This document shows, piece by piece, positions 29,141-39,220 of a stretch of DNA of 64,000 nt. The stretch is from Planctomycetota bacterium. GTDB taxonomy: Bacteria > Planctomycetota > UBA8108 > SXIK01. The stretch lies in contig OZ244999.1 in assembly GCA_965223265.1 (NCBI GenBank), positions 6,816,001 through 6,880,000 on the forward strand, in the 5' to 3' direction. How positions within the stretch are numbered: the stretch's first letter is position 1; every line of letters starts with the position of its first letter. The notes under the pieces were generated by a model, which ran no database searches, was not told the origin of the DNA, and was given only the letters and a program-made list of their open reading frames with translations. The translations under genes were made by a program, and so were the position numbers.

Positions 29141-29596
29141 ATGAACCAACTCACTTCACTACCTCGCGCGCTGCGACGAAAGCGAGCAGGACGCCCCGGT
29201 TTCACACTGCTCGAGCTCATTGTTGTGATCACGGTGATCGGTGTGCTCGCCAGCCTGGTCGTCATGAGGGTGTCAAACGTCGGCCCTCGGGCGCGGCGTA
29301 CGAAGATCGATTCCGACATGAAAACCGTGCTGCGCGTTGCCGAGGCCATCAAGGCCGAAACGGGACGCTATCCAGAGACCATCACCGATATGATCAACCC
29401 CACCGACGCCACCGGCGCGCCGCTGGCGGCGAGTCTCGACTCCGTGCCGCTCGACCCGTGGCAGCAGGAGTACATCTACGAAATCTACGACGGCCGGCCG
29501 TCGCTCCTCTGCCTGGGCTCGGACATGGCTGAGGGCGGCGAGGATGAGGCCCAGGATGTCAGATACCCGGAAGAAGATGACTTCGGCGGCTACTGA
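29141..29596 (+). CDS. gspG: major pseudopilin GspG
   Basis: Prepilin site G|FTLLELIVV, GRYP, PLDPWQQEY. Confidence 0.9.
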   Translation: MNQLTSLPRALRRKRAGRPGFTLLELIVVITVIGVLASLVVMRVSNVGPRARRTKIDSDMKTVLRVAEAIKAETGRYPETITDMINPTDATGAPLAASLDSVPLDPWQQEYIYEIYDGRPSLLCLGSDMAEGGEDEAQDVRYPEEDDFGGY

Positions 29597-29705
29597 CAGG
29601 CCGCATCTTCGTGAAGTCGCCGCACTCGGTCGAACGCCGGCGCGAGTCGGCGATGGAGCCGGGTCGATCTTCCCGGATCGAATCGCCCGGATCGAACGAG
29701 ACCAA

Positions 29706-30329
29706 ATGGACCGCATGGCTGAAATGCAACGCCGCAGCACCACCGAGCCGTCCGCGCGGACGACCGTGACGAGGCCCTGGAGACGCCCGTCGTCGACAGC
29801 GGGGTTCACTTTTCTCGAGCTCGTCCTCGTCGTCGTCGTCATCGGCCTTCTTTTTTCCATCAGCATCATCTCCCTGCGCGGTATGGGTCCGAAGTATCGC
29901 TTGCGCTCGGCCGCCCGTCTCCTCGCCAGCGACATCGAACGCACGCGACTCTCCGCGATCTCGCGGCAGCAGTGGCTGGGCATTCGCTACGTCATCGACC
30001 CTCAAGGAAACAAAACCGTCCCCTACTATCAGGTGATTCCGCCACCGCCGGAGGACTATCCCGATCAACCACTCGAAGAGCGCCAGCTGCATTCCCCGCA
30101 GGAACTTCCAACCACAGTGCGCTTTCGCGAGATCCGTCTCGCCAACGGCCAGACGGCGTCGGGCGGCGACGTCAGTATTCTCTTCGCACCGCAAGGCAAC
30201 ACGGGCAGTCACATCGTCGTGCTTGAAGGCGCCGAGGATCGCGTCATGGCGATCAAAGTGAATTCGATCACCGGGCTGACAGATTTCTACGAGACCGATC
30301 TAGCGGACTTCCAACACTTCGAAGGTTAG
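29706..30329 (+). CDS. minor pseudopilin (GspH/FimT-like)
   Basis: G|FTFLELVLVVVV, LRSAARLLASDI; start uncertain. Confidence 0.8.
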   Translation: MDRMAEMQRRSTTEPSARTTVTRPWRRPSSTAGFTFLELVLVVVVIGLLFSISIISLRGMGPKYRLRSAARLLASDIERTRLSAISRQQWLGIRYVIDPQGNKTVPYYQVIPPPPEDYPDQPLEERQLHSPQELPTTVRFREIRLANGQTASGGDVSILFAPQGNTGSHIVVLEGAEDRVMAIKVNSITGLTDFYETDLADFQHFEG

Positions 30330-30335
30330 CAGCTG

Positions 30336-30887
30336 ATGCACTCCCTCTGCGATGCCCACAGCCATGTCAGAGCCGCACAAGCTGTTCGGAGCTCGGCGGG
30401 ATTCACACTGCTCGAGCTGATCGTCGCGATCACGATCCTCGCCAGTTTCATCCTCCCGCTTCTGGACATCCTCTCGAAGGCAAAGATTCGCACGACGATC
30501 GCGACGCAGGAGCGGCAGCTGCGGGACTTCGCGCACCGCAAGCTCTTCGACCGCATGCACTTTTACGAAGAAGAGGACAGCGGCGACTTCGCCGCGGAAG
30601 GGCGTGCCGAGTGGACGTGGGAGATTCTGCCCTTGCAGCTTGTCGGGCAGGGAGAGCAAGCGCTCTTGGAGTACACGATCGAGGTCTATACCCCGCAAAA
30701 GTTAGGTGGCCGCAGCGAGGAGCACGCCAGCGAGGAAGGTTCGGTCTATCGCTTCAGCGCCTGGACCTTCCCAGACCCCCAGTGGTACGACGAGCAGGAG
30801 CAGCTCAACGCCATGGGGTACGACTCGCTCCTCTACGGCAGCGCCACGGGCGCCGTAGGCGGTGGCTTGCCGCCGCTGCCCCGATAG
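30336..30887 (+). CDS. minor pseudopilin (GspI-like)
   Basis: G|FTLLELIVAITILA; position in G-H-I-J order. Confidence 0.8.
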   Translation: MHSLCDAHSHVRAAQAVRSSAGFTLLELIVAITILASFILPLLDILSKAKIRTTIATQERQLRDFAHRKLFDRMHFYEEEDSGDFAAEGRAEWTWEILPLQLVGQGEQALLEYTIEVYTPQKLGGRSEEHASEEGSVYRFSAWTFPDPQWYDEQEQLNAMGYDSLLYGSATGAVGGGLPPLPR

Positions 30888-30923
30888 CGGCCGAGAGCGT
30901 CATGAGATGACGGAGACTGGACG

Positions 30924-32021
30924 ATGAACCCAACCCGAACAATCCACTGCAGGCCGGCCGCGATCGAGCAGGGAAAACGCAGGGCCGGCTGCAGCTGTCG
31001 GCTCAGCCCGCGACGCCTTGCGTCGCGGCACGGGTTCACGCTCGTTGAAGTCGTTTTGGCCATGACGCTCCTGGTTACGGTGCTCGCCGTGTCGTACAAC
31101 GTCATCGTCGACTGCCTCGAAACCGATCGTCAAATCGACAAAGTCGCCCTGCCAGAAAAAGTCGGGGAGGGCGTCATGATGCTCTTTCGACGCGACCTCG
31201 CGGGCGTCTACTTTCGCCAGCTCGGGCGTCGCATCTTTTTCATCTCTGACGGCGGGTCGCCGCCCAATTCGCGCGACGAGATGCGACTGATCACAACGGT
31301 TCCGCCGACGCCAATCGAAGAGCTCGAGGGTGGCGCGAACACTGTGTATCAAAGTCGGTCCCTTACGGGAGTCCACTACTTCCTGCGGGACAACCCGGAC
31401 GTCCAGGACGTGCGAGCGATGACACTGTTTCGCAAGGAAATCACCACCTTCGACCCGATCGCGCCACTCGATGCGCCGGGCGCCGCGTATGAAGTCTACG
31501 ACAAAGTGGCGTACTTGAACATCGAAGCGTTCGACGGCTTTCTGTGGACGCCCGAGTGGGATTCCGAAGTGCAAATCGCTGTCGAAGAAGAGGAACTGGC
31601 GTTTTACCAAGAGCAGCAGCAGGGTCAAATCGCGCGCGTCTCAGCTGCCCAGGCGCCAGTCGAGACGATCAACGCCGCGCCGGGAGTCGCGCCGACGGCG
31701 ACGACCGACCAGATTTCCCTGCCGTCAGCCGTACCTTCGGCTGTTCGCGTCGAGTTCGGGGTTTACGTTGGTCGCGGCAACACTGTCGAATTCGACAGTA
31801 ACGGCGAACCGATTTTGAAGGTCTACTCTGCCACCGTGCCGATCATCACCGCTCGCAGGATGTTCATCAGCGGCGGCGAAGACAGCGGCATGGGCGATGG
31901 CGGGAGCGGCAGTGGGGTCGAGTCATTCAACCGTACCGGCGGCGACGCGGGGGCCGCACCCGGAGGCAACGCGCCGACCGGCGGGCTCCCCGGAGGACGT
32001 AGCTTCCGCCCCGGAGGGTAA
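30924..32021 (+). CDS. minor pseudopilin (GspJ-like)
   Basis: G|FTLVEVVLAM, RRDL, W..EWDS, LPSAV..AVRV; Gly-rich tail. Confidence 0.82.
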   Translation: MNPTRTIHCRPAAIEQGKRRAGCSCRLSPRRLASRHGFTLVEVVLAMTLLVTVLAVSYNVIVDCLETDRQIDKVALPEKVGEGVMMLFRRDLAGVYFRQLGRRIFFISDGGSPPNSRDEMRLITTVPPTPIEELEGGANTVYQSRSLTGVHYFLRDNPDVQDVRAMTLFRKEITTFDPIAPLDAPGAAYEVYDKVAYLNIEAFDGFLWTPEWDSEVQIAVEEEELAFYQEQQQGQIARVSAAQAPVETINAAPGVAPTATTDQISLPSAVPSAVRVEFGVYVGRGNTVEFDSNGEPILKVYSATVPIITARRMFISGGEDSGMGDGGSGSGVESFNRTGGDAGAAPGGNAPTGGLPGGRSFRPGG

Positions 32022-32379
32022 GACAAGCCAGCTGCAGCGCGAAGAGAAACCCGATCCGACCCGACTTTCGGTGCTCGGAGGCAGAAAGTCGTCCCGGGTC
32101 GACGACGCCGTTGGCTGAACCGCTCGCTACCGTACACCGCCGAGAGCACGAGGACGGGGAGAAGGGATTTTTTTGTGCGCCGGCGCCACCATTCACTGTA
32201 AAATGGGGCTCTGACGTGGGTCTCAAACGCACACGTCACCTTCTCTCTCTACTCTCTCGACCTACCGTCTTTGCCGTTCGGTTGTCACTTCCTCGCGAAC
32301 TCACAAAGCTTTTTACTGTAGCGCTTTGGGTTTTCTCACTTGTGCGGGGAATGGCCGCCAACAGCAGGTCGTGGCTTGA

Positions 32380-32395
32380 CGGTACGCGGATTGCT
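32380..32395 (+). promoter_or_regulatory. sigma54 -24/-12 promoter for Kelch lipoprotein gene
   Basis: CGGTACG-CGGA-TTGCT with correct GG/GC spacing. Confidence 0.6.
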
Positions 32396-32505
32396 AAGTC
32401 AGCGCTAGGTGAAGCACGGCGCTGAGGCAATGGACGTCAGCGGAGACTGAAGTCCAAACCGTGCCGTCGAACTTCCCGCAACCTCACCCAAGTACGGACA
32501 GAGAA

Positions 32506-34416
32506 ATGAAGCAGGAGCACCGTCTGGCGCATTGCATTCTACGGCTGACACTTGCCGCCACCCTTTTGACTACGCTCGCCATATGGCAAACCGGTTGCGA
32601 CGACGGCAGAGCCGCACCCGGGGTCGGCCTGGCGAACGTCTCGCAAGCAGCCCCGCGGCTCCCCGAGCGCGATCCGGAGACCAGCGACTACCGGCCATAC
32701 TACGGCTCGGCTGACATGAATCGACCGCGCTATCTGCACGAGGCCGTGTTCTCGCGCAACGGGCTGGTGTACGTCTTTGGTGGTTCGGACGAGCGTGGGC
32801 TGTCGTCGCTCGACTCCGTCGAATTCTTTGATCAAGCAGCGATCGATAAGGACGCAGTCGAGCCGGAGACGCTGACCGGTGTATGGTTCGACACCAACTT
32901 CGAAGGCGATACGATCGTTTTCGAGGGCGGCCCGCGCGTCCTCTTCACGGTGAGCACTTTGTCTGACGGCACCATGATCATCATCGGTGGCACCGTCGAC
33001 CTCGGCGAGTCCGCGCAGGCGTTCGAGAGCTCCGAGATCTTTGACCCAGAGATGCGGATGTTCGAAGAAGTCGAAAGCGACATGGAAATCGCCCGCTTTC
33101 GCCACCAGACGGTCCAGCTCTTCGACGGCAACTTCCTCATTATCGGTGGCCAGGACATCAGCGCCGTAACGGTCCTGACTCAGGGTGAGATCGGCCAGCC
33201 GCCGCGACAGGAAAACCGAACTGTATTTCAGTCGGTCGAAGAGCTTGAAGTCTTCTCGGTGACGACGAATGAGTTCGAAATCTTCACCTTCCCGAATCAG
33301 CAAAACCGTGAGGTGACGCTCAATACACCACGTGGCCGCGCCGGTCACGGTACGGTGGCGCTGGCCGGCTTCGATCAAGTCCTCGACACGGGCGACGACC
33401 TCTTCGTCATCGCCGGCGGCTACCAGACCCTCAGCGGCAGCGCCGCACCGCAGACGAAGCTTCCTGGGATTGTTCGCTCTGATCAAGCTGACGCGCTGAC
33501 CGTGATCGAGTTCTTTGATCCAGTCACAAGTATTGTCACTCAGGCGGGAAACGTCTCGCTGCAAGAGCCGCGCATCGAGTTCGCGAACATGGCGAACCTT
33601 GGCCAGTTCAACGATTTCACGATCGATGGCGTGGCGGGAATGGGCAACGCGATCCTGATCACCGGCGGCCACGATGACGATGGTCCCAACTCATTCCGCG
33701 GCCGCAACTCCGAAGTGTTGGTCGCAACCTATAGCGGCTTCGGTCCTGCCCAAGGACTCCAGTTCTTCAACGTCAATGACCTACAGACTCTGTCGCAGGT
33801 ACAAGGCGTCGAATTCGAACTGGGCGCAATGGATCCTCTCGATTTCCAGGTCGGGCGCGCGATGACCAATGTCGTGTCTCTACCACGCCGGCTCGTAACG
33901 GCACCCAACGTCCCGGACATCGGGACGTGGGTCTTCGCGCTCGCTGGCGTCTCGTTCGGGTCGACTGGCCAGCGGACGGATATCGGCGACGAGATTACCG
34001 AGTTCGAGAGCGCCGGCGTCATTCGTTCTGGCTGCGTGTTCGACCCGTTCTACAACCTCCGCGGCGCGAGTATCCTGGGTGTTTCTGCCCGCGACCTCGA
34101 CGCCGAACGGACGCTCAACAACCCGCTGGGAATCGTCGGCACGTGGCTGACTCTCGACGGGGAGATTCCGACCACCGACCTGCTCTTCTTCGCCAGCACA
34201 CCAGCCTCCAATTGGGCACGTACAACCGCCGGAATACGCGTCTTGCCGAAGAATATCGCGATTCCCGGGGAAGACGGAATCATCGACACTCCGGATGACC
34301 GGATTCTTCTCTCCGGCGGCGGCGTCGATCCTGACACCGTTGGTGGTGAACCGACCGCCCCGTCGACCGAAGTCTTCCTGCCACCCGGGGTCAACAGCGG
34401 TACGCCGTCGGACTGA
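32506..34416 (+). CDS. Kelch-repeat (beta-propeller) lipoprotein
   Basis: Lipobox-like QTG-C; repeated R..H / V.V.GG / E.FDP blades; acidic. Confidence 0.75.
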   Translation: MKQEHRLAHCILRLTLAATLLTTLAIWQTGCDDGRAAPGVGLANVSQAAPRLPERDPETSDYRPYYGSADMNRPRYLHEAVFSRNGLVYVFGGSDERGLSSLDSVEFFDQAAIDKDAVEPETLTGVWFDTNFEGDTIVFEGGPRVLFTVSTLSDGTMIIIGGTVDLGESAQAFESSEIFDPEMRMFEEVESDMEIARFRHQTVQLFDGNFLIIGGQDISAVTVLTQGEIGQPPRQENRTVFQSVEELEVFSVTTNEFEIFTFPNQQNREVTLNTPRGRAGHGTVALAGFDQVLDTGDDLFVIAGGYQTLSGSAAPQTKLPGIVRSDQADALTVIEFFDPVTSIVTQAGNVSLQEPRIEFANMANLGQFNDFTIDGVAGMGNAILITGGHDDDGPNSFRGRNSEVLVATYSGFGPAQGLQFFNVNDLQTLSQVQGVEFELGAMDPLDFQVGRAMTNVVSLPRRLVTAPNVPDIGTWVFALAGVSFGSTGQRTDIGDEITEFESAGVIRSGCVFDPFYNLRGASILGVSARDLDAERTLNNPLGIVGTWLTLDGEIPTTDLLFFASTPASNWARTTAGIRVLPKNIAIPGEDGIIDTPDDRILLSGGGVDPDTVGGEPTAPSTEVFLPPGVNSGTPSD

Positions 34417-34538
34417 TTTCGGTTGGTTTGCGGATCTGACTCGCTGCAAGCGTCGTTCAAAGTCATTTCACCGCAGTCGATGTCGACGTAAGATCGACCG
34501 TCGACACTACGCCCTCTCCACCTCTACCACCTCCGACG

Positions 34539-35612
34539 ATGAACTCCCGCCCCATCCTCCCCATCGCGCTGTTCGCCGGCCTCGGCCTGGCTTGTCTCGC
34601 TCTGTGCTTCTACCTGTTCCTCGGCATTCGGCAAAGCGTCGAGCTTCAGCCGGCGCCGACCGCAGCGCCGACTCCGGTTCCCACGATCACTCCGATCGGT
34701 TCGCCGACAGACCCTGATCCATACATCCTCGAGCAGACGCCGCGCTACGAAGGCCGCTACTCGCGCTGGAACATCGCCGATTTCCCGGCAGGCTGGGACG
34801 ACGCCCTGGCAAGCAAGATTCACGCCTATTTCGAGCGCATGGAATTCCAAGACGCGCGCCTTCGTAATGACATCATCGCGATGCGCGAAGAGTTCCGCGA
34901 CTTCCTCGCTACGCTCGGCCCCGAGGCGCTACCGACCCTCGCGGCGATATTGAACCACGAATCAGATTTCGTCGATCGCCGCTTCCTGCTCTACGCAATC
35001 GGCGAGCTCGGCCCCGAAGCCGAAGAAGCGACGTTTCATCTGCGCGATTTCTTCGAAGCCCGGCGCGAGGATCCGAACGCATTCTCTGAGATGCTGCATG
35101 TGATCTCGGCGATGTCGCATCTGGAGAATGACACGTCGATGGGCACGCTGCAGGAGTATGTCGCGCGAGACGAGTTGGATCGGTTCAGACCGAAGCTCAT
35201 CGAGGCTCTCGGCCGTCACCCACGCCGCGGCGAAGCCGTCGACCAGATCGTCGGCTACGTCGACGACGGCCACCCGAATGTCCGCAACAAGGCGGCGCAG
35301 TTTCTTGGCGAGACCCGGCAGGAAAATACCCTCGATACGGTTTACCGCGCCCTCGAAGGCGAATCGAACCCAGTGGTTCGCCAGACGCTCCTCGGCACCG
35401 TAGGAAAGATCGGCTCTCCAGACTCGATTCCGTTCCTGGCGAACGAAGCGAAATACGCCACGCAGCGTGTCGTGCGCCTGAGCGCCGCCAGAGCCATCAG
35501 CCGCATCGGAACCGAGTACGGAAAAGAAACCCTGCGCGAACTGATCGCTCAGGAACCTGACGACTACGTCAGGGACAACATCCGCAAGTGGCTTACCGAG
35601 CTCGAGTCGTAA
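34539..35612 (+). CDS. membrane-anchored HEAT-repeat protein
   Basis: N-terminal TM helix, Pro/Thr linker, repeats such as VRNKAAQFLG, VRQTLLGTVGKIG, VRLSAARAISRIG. Confidence 0.8.
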   Translation: MNSRPILPIALFAGLGLACLALCFYLFLGIRQSVELQPAPTAAPTPVPTITPIGSPTDPDPYILEQTPRYEGRYSRWNIADFPAGWDDALASKIHAYFERMEFQDARLRNDIIAMREEFRDFLATLGPEALPTLAAILNHESDFVDRRFLLYAIGELGPEAEEATFHLRDFFEARREDPNAFSEMLHVISAMSHLENDTSMGTLQEYVARDELDRFRPKLIEALGRHPRRGEAVDQIVGYVDDGHPNVRNKAAQFLGETRQENTLDTVYRALEGESNPVVRQTLLGTVGKIGSPDSIPFLANEAKYATQRVVRLSAARAISRIGTEYGKETLRELIAQEPDDYVRDNIRKWLTELES

Positions 35613-35759
35613 CGGCGAGCTTGCAGCCGACTCGGGAGAGAGCGCCGATCTGGCGACTCTTGGCCCCCAAAAAGAGTGGAGCGGTTACCGCCGAACGGAC
35701 ACGGCTCGGCGTGAACAGGCCGAAATCTCGGTCGAATAGTTCTCTTCCCGACTGTTCCA

Positions 35760-35972
35760 CTCGAGTTTGGCCTATTTCGCTTTCCGCCTGGGAACATTCG
35801 GTGCGGGAGCGACCCCGTTCAGGTGAAGTCAAGCATCGGCCTCCTGGCATTCGCCGAAGCGCCGGACAGGTCGTTCTCACACGCCCGAGGGCAGAAACAG
35901 GTCGTTCAAAGTGGCGCTGGAATCCCCGTGAACTCATCGGGCCAGGCCGGCGCGAAATCGCCGCGCTCGAGG
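35760..35972 (-). mobile_element. diverged MITE A-like copy, abutting a degenerate MITE B-like end (about 35700-35755)
   Basis: CTCGAGTTTGGCCTATTTCGC ... GGCCAGGCCGGCGCGAAATCGCCGCGCTCGAGG with shared internal blocks (GCATCGGC.CTCCTGGC, GCCGGACAGG, GAATCCCCG). Confidence 0.7.
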
Positions 35973-36036
35973 TAAGATACTGGGCCGCAGTACCGGACTG
36001 CGGCGTGATCACGCGCCTCCCGCACCAGAGCGCAGG

Positions 36037-38394
36037 ATGAGCCGCCTCTCCCGTTACACTCCCAAACCAGGCTCCACGGTCGGCGACGCCGCCGTACCGC
36101 TCGCCGGACCGTTCATCGCACTTCTCGCGGTGCTGAGCCTCGCCCTGCAGGGCTGCCGCGATCGCACGGATGCCGTGCTGCTGCGAGCTGAGGTCGCAGA
36201 CGACAACCACAACGGAATCGTCGATGCCGGGGAGCTGCTCGAGCTCAGCTTCGACACCGCATTGAGCCACGAGATCAGCGCCGACGAGCTCCTCATCGCG
36301 GCCTCCAGCGGCGAGACGCTCCCCTGCGAGCTGCAGCGCCGCGAGGGTCAACGACTGGTCTTCACCATCTCAGAGACTCGCCAGCCCCTGCGAATCAGTG
36401 GCGTCTTTGACCCCGAGCATCGCAGCGGCGACGCAGCGGCAGCCGTCTCGGTACTCCTCACTGCGGATGACCCGCCACATTGGGTCGACCTCGACTTCTC
36501 CCGGTCGCACCCCGTCCTGCAGCGCGCCGTGTGGAAAGATGCACCGCCGTTCGATCTCGTCGTCAATCGTGGCGACATCGTCGAGCTCGTGTTCGACCGA
36601 CCTGTCGAGCTGCGAGCGCGCGACGGTGCGGCAACGGTACGGCGACCAGTTCTCCGACGTCCCGACGAAATCACCTTTGCTGGCGACCTCGATCGACTCG
36701 ACGACGGACGGGTGAGGACCGTCCTGCAGCAAAGCGGTACCGACCCGATGACGGTGCAGGCGGTCCTCGGCTCAAGCCCCTTCTTCGCGGTCGGCGAGAC
36801 CCTCATGGATGCGCCCGACAGCGGCGGCGACCGGCAGCCTTCGGCACTCGTTCTCGGCGGCAGTGTCGTCTTTCCCCTCACCACTATCGTCAACCCGCGC
36901 GGCGGCTGGGGCGCTGTGTCCTCTGGCCCCATCAGCATCGAAGCGGACGCGTCACTGCCGCGCCCACGGAGTTTACCCGGCCTGCGATTCCCATCACCGG
37001 GAGATCGCCGCGGCCACACCGTCACACCGCTTTCGGAGACGCGCGCGCTCGTCATCGGAGGCGAAGCGCTCGCCACCAAGAGCCCTCTCAACCAAATCCT
37101 ACTCTTCGATCCACGCGGACCCGGACGCCTCCGTGATCTGGAGAGCGACGGCGTCGCCCTCCCTACCGGCTCGATCAAACACACCGCGACTCTCCTCCCG
37201 GGAAACGATGGTATCGCGCGCAGCGAAGACGATCTCATTGTTGTGATCGGCGGGACAAACGCTTCGCAGGAAGCACTCGACACCGTCCTAGCCCTTCAAC
37301 TGGAGGGGCGGAGCGTCGCGCTGGCGAAATTCCGTGGCGGTGCGCCCCCGAGACTCCGAGTCCCCCGTGCAGAACACGCCGCGGTCGCCGTCGGTCCATA
37401 CTCGATTCTCATTGACGGCGGCAACGCAAGCGGCTCCCGCCGCTCAGGACTCGTCGGCTGCGCCGAACTCATCCGATTCGCGCCTTCCAAAGACCGAACG
37501 CTCACCGTGGTCGAGCATAGCCTCGTTCGATCCCTGCCGCGGATCGGCCACACGCTCACGCTGCTGCCAATCACTCCAGCTGGCGAGACCTTCGTCCTCG
37601 CCTACGGAGGGTATGGGGCGCCACCGCAAAGGGATCTCAGCGGTCGGCTGCCCGGCAACCAAGACGCTCGCCTGGGTGAGCCTGTCGGCTCACCCGCTGC
37701 CGCAGATTTCTTCGTCGACTATGCCGTCCGCGGGGCGGTGCTCGTCTCGCCGGTGCTCTTCAACATCGGTGATCCCACTCAGTCCATCCGGATCGAGCTC
37801 TCGCCGTCGACCTACCACTTCGCCATGCCTCGATCCGGGCATGGCGCCATGCTGCTCGAGGGCCACGACAATCAGCCGAGCCGGGTCGTCATCGCTGGTG
37901 GGACCTCGTATCACTTGTCGCAGGGTTACGGCGGCGGCCTCTCCAGCTGGGAGACGCCAGTTGACGTGCTCACCGAGCGCCGTGGCCGCTCGAGTCCGAT
38001 TCCCGAGCCGCACGACGCCGGTGACGCGGTCGTCTTTCACTTCGCACCCGAAGAGCCCGCAGCCAGTACGTTCGAAATCCTCCCCAATCCATCGTCAGAC
38101 GCCGCGCAGGTCATGCCGCGCACGTCGCCGGCAACCGTGCATGTTCCGGGTTTGGGCGTCCTGTTTCTCGGGGGATACTCGCCGCCAGAGGGCATGCCTC
38201 TGGCTGAAGCCGCGGTGTTCGTCGAGCGCGTCGGGACCGACCCCTGGACCAAGCTCGCTGTGGGACTGCTTTGCGGCCGGAGCGGACACGCTGCTTACGC
38301 CGCCAGCCGCGGCGGAGTGCCGGCGATCTACGTGCTCGGTGGCGAGACCCTCGGCTCGGAGTGTGCCTCGGTGGAGTACGTGCCTCTGCGGTGA
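36037..38394 (+). CDS. Kelch-repeat lipoprotein with N-terminal Ig-like/EF-hand-like region
   Basis: Lipobox LQG-C; DDNHNGIVDAGE; blades RRGHTVT..LVIGG, HTATLL, RAEHAA, RIGHTLT, RSGHGA, RSGHAA. Confidence 0.75.
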   Translation: MSRLSRYTPKPGSTVGDAAVPLAGPFIALLAVLSLALQGCRDRTDAVLLRAEVADDNHNGIVDAGELLELSFDTALSHEISADELLIAASSGETLPCELQRREGQRLVFTISETRQPLRISGVFDPEHRSGDAAAAVSVLLTADDPPHWVDLDFSRSHPVLQRAVWKDAPPFDLVVNRGDIVELVFDRPVELRARDGAATVRRPVLRRPDEITFAGDLDRLDDGRVRTVLQQSGTDPMTVQAVLGSSPFFAVGETLMDAPDSGGDRQPSALVLGGSVVFPLTTIVNPRGGWGAVSSGPISIEADASLPRPRSLPGLRFPSPGDRRGHTVTPLSETRALVIGGEALATKSPLNQILLFDPRGPGRLRDLESDGVALPTGSIKHTATLLPGNDGIARSEDDLIVVIGGTNASQEALDTVLALQLEGRSVALAKFRGGAPPRLRVPRAEHAAVAVGPYSILIDGGNASGSRRSGLVGCAELIRFAPSKDRTLTVVEHSLVRSLPRIGHTLTLLPITPAGETFVLAYGGYGAPPQRDLSGRLPGNQDARLGEPVGSPAAADFFVDYAVRGAVLVSPVLFNIGDPTQSIRIELSPSTYHFAMPRSGHGAMLLEGHDNQPSRVVIAGGTSYHLSQGYGGGLSSWETPVDVLTERRGRSSPIPEPHDAGDAVVFHFAPEEPAASTFEILPNPSSDAAQVMPRTSPATVHVPGLGVLFLGGYSPPEGMPLAEAAVFVERVGTDPWTKLAVGLLCGRSGHAAYAASRGGVPAIYVLGGETLGSECASVEYVPLR

Positions 38395-38672
38395 ACGTCG
38401 CGCCTGGGTCCGAGCTCAACTCGCGGCGCCGCTGAATGCTCTCCGACTCGTCACCGGAGACGCGAAGTCTGCGTGTTGTACGCCCAAAAAAGTGGCAAGT
38501 TTTCGAGTCGGTGCGTAGCACGCCGCGCGCGACGTCCGATCGCTGCGGCGATGCTCAGCCGCGGTGAAGTCCACTCCACGTGGCGCCGCCCCGAACGCCG
38601 CTATACTGACACGCACTTCTCGCCGGTCCTGCTCCCCGTGTTTTGCCGCGCTGAAGTCCGAGTCGTTCGCGA

Positions 38673-39218
38673 CTACGGCCCGCCCGGCGCTTCATAGTCA
38701 ACGAACTGCACTGAACAAAGCCACTGATCCTCTCCCGGCGAGCGCCGATCCCGACGGAGATCGAACGACTGCACGCGCACCGTCGACTTCGCGGCCTTGA
38801 CGGCGGCGACGAACTGCAGAATCGGCGTCATCTTGGCGACGTTGAGGTCAAGAGATTGTTGAACCTCCCTGCGCCCCGTCTGGCTGCGCGAAGGAGGCGT
38901 CACCAACGGCGGGAACGTCTTGTAGCTCAGGGCGTAGCTCTCAAGCTTCTCGGTGATCAGATCCCGAAGGCCGCGCTGACTCTTTGGGCTCTGCTCGCTC
39001 GCATGCCACTGCTGCTGCAGGATCTTCGATTCCGGTGTCAGCAGCCGGTCGCCGAGGCGACCGTACGCTGCCGTCGCACCTGTGGCGGCCTGACCCCACG
39101 ACGGAATCAGATACGACTTCAGGACCAGCGTCATGAGGAAAAACCCGCCAGCCGTCATGAAGAAGGTGAGGATCGCAATCTGGAGCTTTTGGCCGCCATC
39201 GGCCTGTGAGGTGTTCAT
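38673..39218 (-). CDS. GspM/PilO-like inner-membrane protein
   Basis: Single N-terminal TM helix and a ferredoxin-like periplasmic pattern (ILQFVAAV..VQSFDL); follows the PilM/GspL gene. Confidence 0.6.
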   Translation of the reverse strand: MNTSQADGGQKLQIAILTFFMTAGGFFLMTLVLKSYLIPSWGQAATGATAAYGRLGDRLLTPESKILQQQWHASEQSPKSQRGLRDLITEKLESYALSYKTFPPLVTPPSRSQTGRREVQQSLDLNVAKMTPILQFVAAVKAAKSTVRVQSFDLRRDRRSPGEDQWLCSVQFVDYEAPGGP

Positions 39219-39220
39219 CG

